Origin: Deltaproteobacteria bacterium
Lineage (GTDB): Bacteria > Myxococcota > Kuafuiibacteriia > Kuafuiibacteriales > Kuafuiibacteriaceae
Length of the DNA: 64,000 nucleotides
Direction: 5' to 3'
Assembly: GCA_040218735.1 (NCBI GenBank)
Contig: JAVJQW010000070.1
Location: 192,001 to 256,000, forward strand
Position 1 is the stretch's first letter; every line of letters begins with the position of its first letter. The position numbers and the translations under genes were made by a program. The notes below the pieces were generated by a model. That model had not been told where the DNA came from and did no database searches. It worked only from the letters and a program-made list of their open reading frames with translations. Shown here piece by piece: positions 1-9,194 of the stretch.

Positions 1-2574
1 CTCGGGACCCAAGCGCCCGCCGACCGCTGCGCGCGCACCCGGTTCCCGTTCAAGCAGCCCCTCGCCGTCGGGAACGACGCCGACTTCGAGCGCTACCCGC
101 CCATCGTGGGCTTCCCGATCGCGTTCCCGCGCGGCGCGAACCTCGACTCCCCCTCGGGCTTCTTCGCGTCGACGCGCGACGGCGTCGCCCTCGCCACGCA
201 GATGGAGGTCCTCAGCCGCTACGGCGAGGGTCCGACGGCGTGCGGTGCGCCGGTGAAGTTCGCGTACGGGTTCGCCGTCGCGGAGGTCCCGCCGACGCCG
301 CGCGCCTTCTTCCTCCTCGAGCATCGCCCAGGCTTCGACCCGCCCGTCGCCCACCGCGTCGACGTCGCAGATTCGAAGGACGCGATCGTCGTGACCACCG
401 GCGCCGCCCGGTTCGCGCTCCGCAAGGACTGGTTCAACGGGCTGTGGCAAGTCGGCCTGCGCGACGGGCGCGGCTACCGCACCGTCGTCCCCGCGTCGGC
501 GAAGGCGGACGTCGGGATGCTGGTGCTCGAAGGCAGCGCGACCGCCTCGCCGCTGCACGGCAAGATCCACGCGATCGAAGTCGAGCGCGCGGGTCCGGTC
601 GTCGCGACGATCCTCGCCAAGGGCACCTACGCGCGCCGCGGTGAGCCGCCGACGTTCCGCTTCACCGTGCGCTACCACTTCTACGCGGGCACCGCGGTGC
701 TGCAGATGGACCACACATACTACCACGGCGCGGTGATCGACATCGGCGCGACGGGCGCGATCAACCGCGTTCGCACCGACCGCGTCTTCTACCGGATGCC
801 TCTCGCGCTCGGCGGCGCCCCGGTCGTCACCGCGCGCGCCGCGGAGCGCCTGCACACGGTGACGCCGACGGGGCTCGTCAGCGTGCAGCAGGACAAACGC
901 TCGCCGGCTCGACCGAACGTCGTCTTCGCGGTCCGCCACGACAAACAGGATCTGGAGGTCGGCACGTTCGCGGACCGCCCGATGCTCGCCGTCACCGGGA
1001 CCGCCGCCTACGCGGTCGCGACGATCGCACACCTCGGCCCCCGCGATCCCCAGGCGCTTCGTTACGACCCGAAGACCCGCGCGCTCGAGCTCGACTGGCA
1101 GAGCGAAGCGCTCTTCGTCGGCGGGGCGCGCGGCGTCTGGTCCAAGGCCGTGCTCGACTTCGGCGCCGCGGGGTCCACCGAGCTGTCGCGGCGCGCGTCG
1201 CAGCTGCAAGCGCACGGCGAGCGCCCGCTGATCGCGGTGCCGAACCCCGCCTACCTGAACACCACGCGCGCCTACGCGCCGCTCCCCGCGACCAGCCTCC
1301 CCGCGTCGTTCGCGAAGCTCGACGAGGACATCGATCGCCTCCACACCAACACGACGCTCTACCTGCGCGAGAAGCGCATCACTGGCACGCAGGTCTGGCC
1401 CGACCTTCCGCGGCGCAGCTGCGTCGTCGACAACGCGTGCCGCCTCTCGACGGAGGGCTACTTCGGCGGCGGCGACTGCAACTATTGGGACTGGAGCCTC
1501 GCCGAGCTCGAAGCGTTCCTCCGCACCGGCGACCCCGCCTTCGCGCACGACTTCGCGCTCCCCGAGGCGCTCACCATGGCGGAGACGGTGAGCTACCGCC
1601 CCGACCCGTACAACGAGTACAAGAACAACTCCTTCGCCGGCTTCTCCCCCTGCTACGGCAGCGGCGACGACGGCGAGACCCCGTGGCGCGAGGGGCTCAA
1701 CCACCGCGTCGGCAACTGCCCCGGCGACTACGGCTACAACAAGGTCCACCGGCTCGCGTACCTGCTCACCGCGGACCGGCGCTTCTTGGACTTCTTCGAG
1801 ATCGGCGCGGACACCGTCGTGCGGCTGTACACGAAGAAGCCGAAGGACCGACCGCCGCACTGGTTCGAGCTGTCGGCGGCGCGCCAGACTTCGCAGTACC
1901 TGGAGTCGCTCCTCACCGCCGCCGAGTTCGCGCGTAGCGGCAACGTGAAGAACCGCGAGCGGCGGGACGTCGCGCTCGCGTGGTTCGACTTCATGCGAAC
2001 GCGCGCCCTCGAGCGCGGCCACACCTGCAACCTCCAGGGCAGCGGTTTCTCGAACCCGAAGGTGAAGGGCGACTGTCAGTCGGCGCAGCAGTGGATGCTC
2101 CCGATCTTCGTCGACTGGGTGCTGCGTCTGTACAACCTCTACGACCACGCCCCGGCGCGCGCGTGGCTGCTCGACTTCGTCCGCACGAGCACGCGGTTCA
2201 CGACCGAGCTCGACGGCGCCGGCCTCCCCGACTACGGCGCCCGCAACGGCGGCGACGGGTGGCGCACCGCCTACCGCTGCCGCGCGAACCGCAAGGGCAT
2301 CCAAGACGACTCCTGCGAGAAGATCACCGACTGGGAGAACGGCAACTACTTCTACGCCAACGGCATGCTCGCGTACCTCAACGCGCTGGCGCTGGTGCGC
2401 GAGGTCGACGCAGACGACTCGACGAAGCTGTGTCGCTGGCTCCCCGGCGCCTACGCCTCCGCGCTCCGCGCGATGGACGCGGGCGAGCTCAACGCCTACA
2501 CCTGGGGCAAGTCACCGGGTCAGGCGTACGCGTTCGCGCAGCGCGCCGTCGCGAACCTGATGACGTGTCCCTAG
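1..2574 (+). CDS. Large Cys-rich protein resembling the PcRGLX/YetA-like (exo-rhamnogalacturonan lyase-like) family; 5' end lies outside the window
   Basis: Frame is open from base 1. GFPIAFPRGA and VERAGPVVATILAKG segments resemble this family's N-terminal barrel and beta-sandwich domains, followed by a helical C-terminal region (YWDW..., FLRTGD). Confidence 0.5.
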   Translation, partial: LGTQAPADRCARTRFPFKQPLAVGNDADFERYPPIVGFPIAFPRGANLDSPSGFFASTRDGVALATQMEVLSRYGEGPTACGAPVKFAYGFAVAEVPPTPRAFFLLEHRPGFDPPVAHRVDVADSKDAIVVTTGAARFALRKDWFNGLWQVGLRDGRGYRTVVPASAKADVGMLVLEGSATASPLHGKIHAIEVERAGPVVATILAKGTYARRGEPPTFRFTVRYHFYAGTAVLQMDHTYYHGAVIDIGATGAINRVRTDRVFYRMPLALGGAPVVTARAAERLHTVTPTGLVSVQQDKRSPARPNVVFAVRHDKQDLEVGTFADRPMLAVTGTAAYAVATIAHLGPRDPQALRYDPKTRALELDWQSEALFVGGARGVWSKAVLDFGAAGSTELSRRASQLQAHGERPLIAVPNPAYLNTTRAYAPLPATSLPASFAKLDEDIDRLHTNTTLYLREKRITGTQVWPDLPRRSCVVDNACRLSTEGYFGGGDCNYWDWSLAELEAFLRTGDPAFAHDFALPEALTMAETVSYRPDPYNEYKNNSFAGFSPCYGSGDDGETPWREGLNHRVGNCPGDYGYNKVHRLAYLLTADRRFLDFFEIGADTVVRLYTKKPKDRPPHWFELSAARQTSQYLESLLTAAEFARSGNVKNRERRDVALAWFDFMRTRALERGHTCNLQGSGFSNPKVKGDCQSAQQWMLPIFVDWVLRLYNLYDHAPARAWLLDFVRTSTRFTTELDGAGLPDYGARNGGDGWRTAYRCRANRKGIQDDSCEKITDWENGNYFYANGMLAYLNALALVREVDADDSTKLCRWLPGAYASALRAMDAGELNAYTWGKSPGQAYAFAQRAVANLMTCP

Positions 2575-2576
2575 CG

Positions 2577-3779
2577 ATGTCACTCACGCAGAAGATCGTC
2601 GACATCATCGAAGCCCCCGACCACCAGCTCGCGGGCGCGGCCGCGCTCGTCTGGCGGCGCGGGGAGCTCCTCGCGGTCGCGTGCGGCGGCGCGCGCGACG
2701 TCGAAGCCCAGCGGCCGGTGGAGCGCGACACGCTGTTCCGGATCGCTTCGATGTCGAAGCCGATCACCACCGTCGCCGCGTTGACATTGCTCGAGGAGGG
2801 GCGGTTCGGCTTGGACGATCCCATCACGCGGTGGGCGCCCGAGCTCGAGGACTTTTGTGTGCTCCGCGACGTGAACGGCCCGCTCGACGACACGGTCCCC
2901 GCGGAGCGTCCCATCACGTTCGAAGACCTCCTCACGCACCGCTCGGGGATCACGTACGGCGCCTTTTGGCCGGGCTCGCTCGGCGACGCCTACGCCGAGG
3001 CGCTCGGCGCGGAAATCGACTCGACGGTCCCCGCAGAAGACTGGATCGCTCGCCTCGGCACCCTCCCCCTCATCGATCAACCCGGCGCGACGCTCCACTA
3101 CGGTCACTCCACCGATCTGCTGGGCCTGCTGATCGCGCGTATGGAGGACACGTCGCTCGACGAGGTCCTGCGGCGTCGCGTCTTTGCGCCGCTCGGGATG
3201 AAGGACACGCGCTTCGTCGTGCCGCGCGAACATCAGGAACGGTGCGCGAAGGCGTACGGATTCGACGCCGACGGCCGTCGCGTCGAAGTGCGCGAAGGCC
3301 CGGGCGGCTCGTTCCTCGCCGAGCGCCCGCCAAAGATGACGTTTGTCTCGGGCGGCCAAGGCCTGTGGTCGACGGTCGACGACTACCTCGCGTTCGCGCG
3401 TGCCCTCCTCGGACACGCGCCCCACATCCTTCGTCCCGAGACGCTCACCTCGATGCGGACGAATCGCCTCACGCCCGCGCAGCGCGCGAGCGCGGAGGTG
3501 GGCGGCATGTCGCTCTTCGCCGCGGGGCACGGCTTCGGTCTGGGCGTCGCGGTGGTCCTGGAACCCGACGACGCGTTCCCCACGATCTGCCGCGGCCACG
3601 CCGGCACGGTGGGGTGGCCGGGAGGTTTCGGCGGCTGGTGGCAGGCGGACCCGACCGACGACGCGATCGCGATCTTTCTGACCCACAACATGGTCGAGCG
3701 CGAGCAGCTCGCGCTGGGGATCGGACACGGCGCGTTCGCGGCGATCGCCGCGTTTCAGCGCATCGCGTCGGGCGCCTGA
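2577..3779 (+). CDS. Serine hydrolase, beta-lactamase class C/esterase family
   Basis: FRIASMSKP (SxxK), LLTHRSG, PG..LHYG, GWPGGFG motifs; ATG at 2577, 2 nt after the upstream stop. Confidence 0.85.
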   Translation: MSLTQKIVDIIEAPDHQLAGAAALVWRRGELLAVACGGARDVEAQRPVERDTLFRIASMSKPITTVAALTLLEEGRFGLDDPITRWAPELEDFCVLRDVNGPLDDTVPAERPITFEDLLTHRSGITYGAFWPGSLGDAYAEALGAEIDSTVPAEDWIARLGTLPLIDQPGATLHYGHSTDLLGLLIARMEDTSLDEVLRRRVFAPLGMKDTRFVVPREHQERCAKAYGFDADGRRVEVREGPGGSFLAERPPKMTFVSGGQGLWSTVDDYLAFARALLGHAPHILRPETLTSMRTNRLTPAQRASAEVGGMSLFAAGHGFGLGVAVVLEPDDAFPTICRGHAGTVGWPGGFGGWWQADPTDDAIAIFLTHNMVEREQLALGIGHGAFAAIAAFQRIASGA

Positions 3780-3782
3780 GCG

Positions 3783-5723
3783 CTACCGTCGACGCCGACG
3801 CATCACGACGAGGCCGAGCATCGCGAGCACGCCGAGCGCGGCCGAGCCGCGGCCTTCGGCGATGTGGCAGCCGCAGCCGCCCTTGTTGTCCTCGTCGTCA
3901 CCACCCTTGGCGAAGCCGCCGTCGCGGACCGGGTCCGTGGTGCCGGCGTCGCGGTCGGGGTTGGTCGTCATGCCGGCGTCACGATCCGGGTCGACGACGC
4001 CCGAGTCCACGACGCCGCTGTCGACGACACCCGCGTCGACGTCTTCCATCGCGGGGAGGATGTCCATCGCCCCGCGCGGCTGCACGCGGTAGCCGCTGAA
4101 CGTCTCGGTGAAGATGCCGCGCATCGAGAACGTGTCGGTGGGCACGGGCGTCCCCTCGAGACCGGTGGCGGAGGCGACGCGGACTTCGAGCCGCGTGCCG
4201 TCCGAGATCCACGCCGTCATGTTCGACATGAACGTCGTGGGGATCGGCTCCCCGTTCGGCCCCATCGCCATGTCGACGTTCGGAATCACGACGAGCTGCC
4301 CCTCGTAGGCTTCACCGTTCGCCATCAGGGTCGCGATCGTCACGGTCTGCTCGGGCGGGGTGTCCGTCCCGAGTTTGTCGATGACCAGCTCGAAGCCGCG
4401 GAACCGCGCCTGCCCCATCCCCGTGTCCTCGCCGACGAAGCGCTGCCCGTTGAACTGACCGATCTTCCCGGTCACGCGGATGACGTCGCCCATGTCGACG
4501 CGCACGGCGTTGAGGATGTTGTCCTGCACGAGGACGGCGTCCAGGTTCGCCGGGTCCGAGAGGAACGCGTTGAACTCGACCTGCGAGAACGCGGTGTCGT
4601 TCGTGGTGGCGACACCCTCGACGCGTACGGTGTGGCCCTCGTACATGAGCATCCTCTGCCCGTCCTGCTGACGTGCTTCGGCGATCGTCGCAACGCCCGC
4701 CGACGGGAGGACGTTCTCCCAGAAGAAGCTCGTGTTATTCGCGTCCGGCGTGGCGTCCTCGGGGAGCAGCGCGACGGCGCCGCGGCCGTCGGTCGCCTCG
4801 ACGTACCAGCGGATGTAACGCTCGGTGAACGTCGTCGGGTCGGTGAACGAGAGCGACGCGTCGAAGTTCTCGGTCCGCGCGCGCGCGAACCAGAAGAGGT
4901 CCGACACCGTCCCCTGCACCTCGACGTAGGGCGTGTCGGCGGGCCCATCGACGCTGGACGCGATCGCGACGTGGAAGGTCACGTCCGCGACGCCGTCCGA
5001 GTCGACCACCGTCGCGGTGAGGGTGCTGTCCTGCCCGAACACAAACGCGAGCGGCTCGTGCCCGTGGGAGATGATCATCGGCGGCGTCCCGACCCCGACC
5101 TGGTACCCCATCGTCGGGTCGCCGGTCGCGACGACGGCCCAGTCGTCCTCGGAGGTCCCCGCCGCGGTGTCGACGCGGCGGATGGCGGCGCCCTCGTTCT
5201 GGATGGACATCGTCGGCCAGAACAGGACCGGCGCGCCTGCCACCTGGGTGGAGTCGGCGCCGTACTCGACGCCGTCCATGTACGCGCCCAGCCCGTCGCG
5301 CAGGATGACCGCGTCCATGTTGTCGTCGAGGTTGAAGTTCGGCCCGCCGGTCAGGTTCGGGACCATCGGGTCGTCCGCGTTGAACGCGAGCTCGAAGTCG
5401 GGGGGCATCCCGCCCCACTCCACCGCCGAGCGGCTCTTGAAGGAGAACGACTGACGCGCCACGACGATGACCTGGTCCGGCGCGAGCAGGGTGCCGGTCG
5501 GGAACGCCCACTGCGTCGACTCGTTGCCGGCGAGCAGCTCGCTCAGGGTCCAGTCGCCGATGTCGACCATCGTCGGGCCGATGTTCTGAATCTCCACCCA
5601 CTCCGCGAAATCGGACCCGGTCGGGTTGGGCTGGATCTCCGTCAGGACCACCTGGGCGCTGGCCGTGGACGCGGGGAGCACGAGAGCGAGAGCGGACAAG
5701 AGCACGCGAGCCGACGTCTTCAT
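3783..5723 (-). CDS. Secreted lamin-tail-domain / OB-fold surface protein with MYXO-CTERM sorting signal
   Basis: Signal peptide; VVLTEIQPNP...EWVEIQN...DIGDWTL (LTD); RVTGKIGQFNGQ and YEGQLVVI OB-fold-like segments; C-terminal GGCGC...LAMLGLVVMRRRRR. Confidence 0.75.
   Translation of the reverse strand: MKTSARVLLSALALVLPASTASAQVVLTEIQPNPTGSDFAEWVEIQNIGPTMVDIGDWTLSELLAGNESTQWAFPTGTLLAPDQVIVVARQSFSFKSRSAVEWGGMPPDFELAFNADDPMVPNLTGGPNFNLDDNMDAVILRDGLGAYMDGVEYGADSTQVAGAPVLFWPTMSIQNEGAAIRRVDTAAGTSEDDWAVVATGDPTMGYQVGVGTPPMIISHGHEPLAFVFGQDSTLTATVVDSDGVADVTFHVAIASSVDGPADTPYVEVQGTVSDLFWFARARTENFDASLSFTDPTTFTERYIRWYVEATDGRGAVALLPEDATPDANNTSFFWENVLPSAGVATIAEARQQDGQRMLMYEGHTVRVEGVATTNDTAFSQVEFNAFLSDPANLDAVLVQDNILNAVRVDMGDVIRVTGKIGQFNGQRFVGEDTGMGQARFRGFELVIDKLGTDTPPEQTVTIATLMANGEAYEGQLVVIPNVDMAMGPNGEPIPTTFMSNMTAWISDGTRLEVRVASATGLEGTPVPTDTFSMRGIFTETFSGYRVQPRGAMDILPAMEDVDAGVVDSGVVDSGVVDPDRDAGMTTNPDRDAGTTDPVRDGGFAKGGDDEDNKGGCGCHIAEGRGSAALGVLAMLGLVVMRRRRR
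3925..4045 (-). repeat. Short coding tandem repeats in the acidic linker (GVVDS-like x3; PDRDAG x2)
   Basis: Protein reads DAGVVDSGVVDSGVVDPDRDAGMTTNPDRDAGTTDPVRDGG, with 15-nt periodic units. Confidence 0.7.
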
Positions 5724-5934
5724 GTAGGCGCTTTGACTAACCTAGGTCCGTGGTCTGTGTCACCTCCGAGCCCGGCGTCACACGTGAGCCGGTCCGAGCC
5801 ACATACTTTTATGGGGGTCGGTCGGCTGTCCGATGGTCACGCCGCGCCGGGTCCCCGTCCGAGATCCGAAATTCGTCACACGAACGGCGGACCGGATCTG
5901 GGGTGGGCGACGTAGAGATCGAAGAAACGACAAT

Positions 5935-5955
5935 TTGCTCGGAACGTTCGAGCAA
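5935..5955. promoter_or_regulatory. Inverted repeat, candidate transcription-factor site
   Basis: TTGCTCG-GAACGTT-CGAGCAA (7-7-7 with perfect arms), ~60 nt upstream of the ATG at 6013. Confidence 0.45.
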
Positions 5956-6012
5956 GTGCCGATGTTGATCAGCAGGGGGTCGGCGAGAAGGTCGACGCCC
6001 CAGGAGGGTGCG

Positions 6013-6366
6013 ATGACCAGTCTAGGCGTTCAGGTTCCAGAGGCGACGATGATCGCACTCGAGAAGAAGGCGAACCGCTTCGCGGAGCTCGTCGAGGCGG
6101 CGACGACCGAGTCGCCCCACAAGTACGTCCGGGATGGCGGCAAACAGCTGATCGAGCGCATCGGGGAGTGGCTCGACGAAATCAAGGACCTCCGCGAGGT
6201 CGGTGACGAAGACGTCCACGACAAGATCCAGAGCTTCGCGATTCGGCTCCACCTGGCCGAGGAGAAGACCAAGGCCTGGCCGATTCCGGAGAAGGTGCGC
6301 ACGCGCATCCTGAACCCGGCCAAGAAGCGCCGCGGCCGCCCGAAGAAGGTGCGCTCCGCTGCGTAG
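6013..6366 (+). CDS. Small helical protein (117 aa) with C-terminal AT-hook-like motif
   Basis: AGGAGG RBS before the ATG at 6013; host-like codon usage; C-terminal KKRRGRPKK. Confidence 0.7.
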   Translation: MTSLGVQVPEATMIALEKKANRFAELVEAATTESPHKYVRDGGKQLIERIGEWLDEIKDLREVGDEDVHDKIQSFAIRLHLAEEKTKAWPIPEKVRTRILNPAKKRRGRPKKVRSAA

Positions 6367-6460
6367 ATATCCTCCGCGGTGCGGCTTGTGTTTCCCCGAG
6401 CCGCACTGCGTTGAAACCACAGTAGCGCTCCTCGCATGATCCGCGCTAAGGACTCGGGCC

Positions 6461-8719
6461 ATGAGCGAGTCCATCAACCTGATCCAGCGCGTCTACGAAG
6501 GCCTCGGCACCAAGCACGAGGCCGCCCGCAAGCACATCGGCCGGCCCCTGACCCTGGCCGAGAAGATCCTCACCGCCCACATGAAGGACCCTGCCGGCCA
6601 GGGCCCCCTCGAGCGCAAGAAGAGCTACGTCGATCTGTACCCGGACCGCGTCGCGATGCAGGACGCCACCGCCCAGATGGCGCTGCTCCAGTTCATGCAC
6701 GCCGGTATGGACCAGGCGGCCGTCCCGTCCACGGTCCACTGTGACCACCTCATCCAGGCCCACGTCGGCGCCGACAAGGACCTGCTCCGCGCGACCGACG
6801 AAAACAGCGAGGTCTACGACTTCCTCAAGACGGTCTCGGCCCGCTACGGCATCGGCTTCTGGAAGCCGGGCGCGGGCATCATCCACCAGGTCGTCCTCGA
6901 GAACTACGCGTTCCCGGGGGGCATGATGATCGGCACCGACTCCCACACCCCGAACGCCGGCGGCCTCGGCATGGTCGCGGTCGGCGTCGGCGGCGCGGAC
7001 GCGGTCGACGTCATGGTCGGCGACCCGTGGAACGTCCGCTGGCCGGGCGTCATCGGCGTGAAGCTGACCGGCAAGCTCTCCGGCTGGACCTCGCCGAAGG
7101 ACGTCATCCTCAAGCTCCTCGGCATCCTCACCGTGAAGGGCGGCACCGGGTCGATCGTCGAGTTCTTCGGCGACGGCTGCGCGTCGTTCTCCTGCACCGG
7201 CAAGGGCACGATCGCGAACATGGGCGCCGAGCACGGCGCGACCACGTCGGTCTTCCCGTTCGACGACTCCATGGCCCGCTACCTCCGCGCGACGAAGCGC
7301 GAGGACATCGCGGAGCTGGCCGAGAAACACGCCGCCGCGCTGCGCGCCGACGACGAGGTCTACGCGGACCCCGACCAGTACTACGACCGCGTCATCCACA
7401 TCGACCTCGACACCCTCGAGCCGCACCTCGTCGGGCCGCACACGCCGGACCTGGCGCGCCCGGTCTCGGGGATGAAGGACGCCGTGAAGAGCGAGGGCTA
7501 CCCGGACGACCTGCGCTACACGCTGATCGGCTCGTGCACGAACTCCTCGTACGAGGACATCGACCGCGCCGCGTCCATCGTGAAGCAGATGAACGCGGTC
7601 GGCGCGAAGATGAAGGCGCCCCTGATGGTGACGCCCGGCTCCGACCAGATCATGCAGACCATCGAGCGCGACGGTCTGATGAAGATCTTCGAGGACGCCG
7701 GCGCCACGGTCCTCGCGAACGCGTGCGGTCCGTGCATCGGACAGTGGAAGCGCGACGACATCGAGATGGGCGACCGCAACTCGATCGTCACCTCCTACAA
7801 CCGCAACTTCGCGGGGCGTAACGACGGGAACGCGGAGACGCTGTCCTTCATCGGCTCGCCGGAGACGACGGTGGCGATGGCGTACGGCGGCAAGCTCTCC
7901 TTCGACGCGGCGAACGACACCATCGACGTCGACGGCAAGGCCGTGAAGCTCCCGGTGCCGGAAGGCGCCGAGCTCCCGGCGAAGGGTTACGAGTTCCCGA
8001 TGGCCGGGTTCGAGGCCCCGCCCGCCGGCGGCGCGCCCGACGTGCAGGTGGATCCGAACAGCAACCGCATCCAGCTCCTCGAGCGGTTCGCCGCTTGGGA
8101 CGGCAAGGACCTCGAAGGCCTCCCGGTGCTGGTGAAGGCCGTCGGCAAGTGCACGACGGACCACATCTCGGCGGCGGGCAAGTGGCTCCGCTTCCGCGGG
8201 CACCTCGACAACATCTCCGACAACATGTTCCTCGGCGCGAACAACGCGTTCACCGACGAGCGCGGGACGGCGATGGACGTGCGTGACGGGACCGTCGACA
8301 AGGTCCCGGCGATCGCCCGCAAGTACAAAGCGGATGGCATCGGCTGGGTCGCGATCGGCGACGAGAACTACGGCGAGGGCTCGAGCCGCGAGCACGCGGC
8401 GATGTCGCCGCGGTTCCTCGGCGCCAAGGCGGTCATCGCCCGCTCGTTCGCGCGCATCCACGAGACGAACCTCAAGAAGCAGGGCGTCCTGCCGCTGACG
8501 TTCGCCGACCCGGCGGACTACGAGAAGATCGGCCCCAAGGACCGCATCAGCATCGAGGGGCTCGCGGACCTCGCGCCCGGGAAGAACGTGAAGGTCGTCG
8601 TCAAACACGAGGACGGCTCCACGGACACCTTCGAAGGCAAACACACGCTCTCGGAGCAGCACATCGCGTGGTTCAAAGCGGGCAGCGCGCTGAACCACAT
8701 CGCCAGCAACCAGGGCTGA
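6461..8719 (+). CDS. acnA: Aconitate hydratase (mitochondrial-type aconitase)
   Basis: [66 protein letters not shown]. Confidence 0.95.
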   Translation: MSESINLIQRVYEGLGTKHEAARKHIGRPLTLAEKILTAHMKDPAGQGPLERKKSYVDLYPDRVAMQDATAQMALLQFMHAGMDQAAVPSTVHCDHLIQAHVGADKDLLRATDENSEVYDFLKTVSARYGIGFWKPGAGIIHQVVLENYAFPGGMMIGTDSHTPNAGGLGMVAVGVGGADAVDVMVGDPWNVRWPGVIGVKLTGKLSGWTSPKDVILKLLGILTVKGGTGSIVEFFGDGCASFSCTGKGTIANMGAEHGATTSVFPFDDSMARYLRATKREDIAELAEKHAAALRADDEVYADPDQYYDRVIHIDLDTLEPHLVGPHTPDLARPVSGMKDAVKSEGYPDDLRYTLIGSCTNSSYEDIDRAASIVKQMNAVGAKMKAPLMVTPGSDQIMQTIERDGLMKIFEDAGATVLANACGPCIGQWKRDDIEMGDRNSIVTSYNRNFAGRNDGNAETLSFIGSPETTVAMAYGGKLSFDAANDTIDVDGKAVKLPVPEGAELPAKGYEFPMAGFEAPPAGGAPDVQVDPNSNRIQLLERFAAWDGKDLEGLPVLVKAVGKCTTDHISAAGKWLRFRGHLDNISDNMFLGANNAFTDERGTAMDVRDGTVDKVPAIARKYKADGIGWVAIGDENYGEGSSREHAAMSPRFLGAKAVIARSFARIHETNLKKQGVLPLTFADPADYEKIGPKDRISIEGLADLAPGKNVKVVVKHEDGSTDTFEGKHTLSEQHIAWFKAGSALNHIASNQG

Positions 8720-8790
8720 CCGTCGTCGCCGCGCGGTGACGCTCCGTTACCGCGCGGTACCACTCGGCGGAGGCCATCAACGGCCTCGTC

Positions 8791-8807
8791 TTGGCACGCC
8801 GCTTTCA
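8791..8807 (+). promoter_or_regulatory. Possible sigma-54 promoter (-24/-12)
   Basis: TTGGCACG-CCGC-TTTCA versus consensus TGGCACG-N4-TTGCW; one mismatch, in the -12 GC. Confidence 0.35.
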
Positions 8808-8819
8808 ATGCGGGCGGCC

Positions 8820-9191
8820 ATGCTGAACAACCTCTCGATCTCCTCCCGCCTCACCCTCGCCGCCTCCGGGCTCGCGCTCGCGAACGTCGCGCTCCTGGCG
8901 GTGTTCGGGCTGCCGATGTGGCACCCGATGGCGCTGGTCACCCACCTCGTGGTGTCGACCCTCGCGATCTTCGCCATCGGTCTCGCGATCGAGGAGGACA
9001 AGGCGTTCTACTGGATCATGAGCTACCCGACGCTCGCGGTCGGCCTCGCGACCGGCGCCTACTTCGCGCCGTACCTGAGTGGCAGCATCGCGACGTTCCT
9101 GCTCGTGGTCGCCGGCCTGTCCGTCGCGGCGGCGGCGCTCTCGGGGCGTCGCACCGCGGAGCGCACGCACACCGTCCACGCGCACGCCTGA
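8820..9191 (+). CDS. Small membrane protein (~4 TM), unknown function
   Basis: MLNNLSIS...; four hydrophobic segments; His-rich tail THTVHAHA. Confidence 0.65.
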   Translation: MLNNLSISSRLTLAASGLALANVALLAVFGLPMWHPMALVTHLVVSTLAIFAIGLAIEEDKAFYWIMSYPTLAVGLATGAYFAPYLSGSIATFLLVVAGLSVAAAALSGRRTAERTHTVHAHA

Positions 9192-9194
9192 CGC

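Noticed and set aside
1980-2576. N-terminal extensions in the ORF track for the serine hydrolase, and likewise for 17000-18727, 28318-29817 and 33800-35776
   Set aside because: Arg-rich alternative frames overlapping upstream genes; downstream starts with RBS or stop/start overlaps fit better.
5833-5910. Possible c-di-GMP-I riboswitch (starts GGTCACGC)
   Set aside because: Lacks the conserved GCAAAC / GNRA / GACGCAAAGC core.
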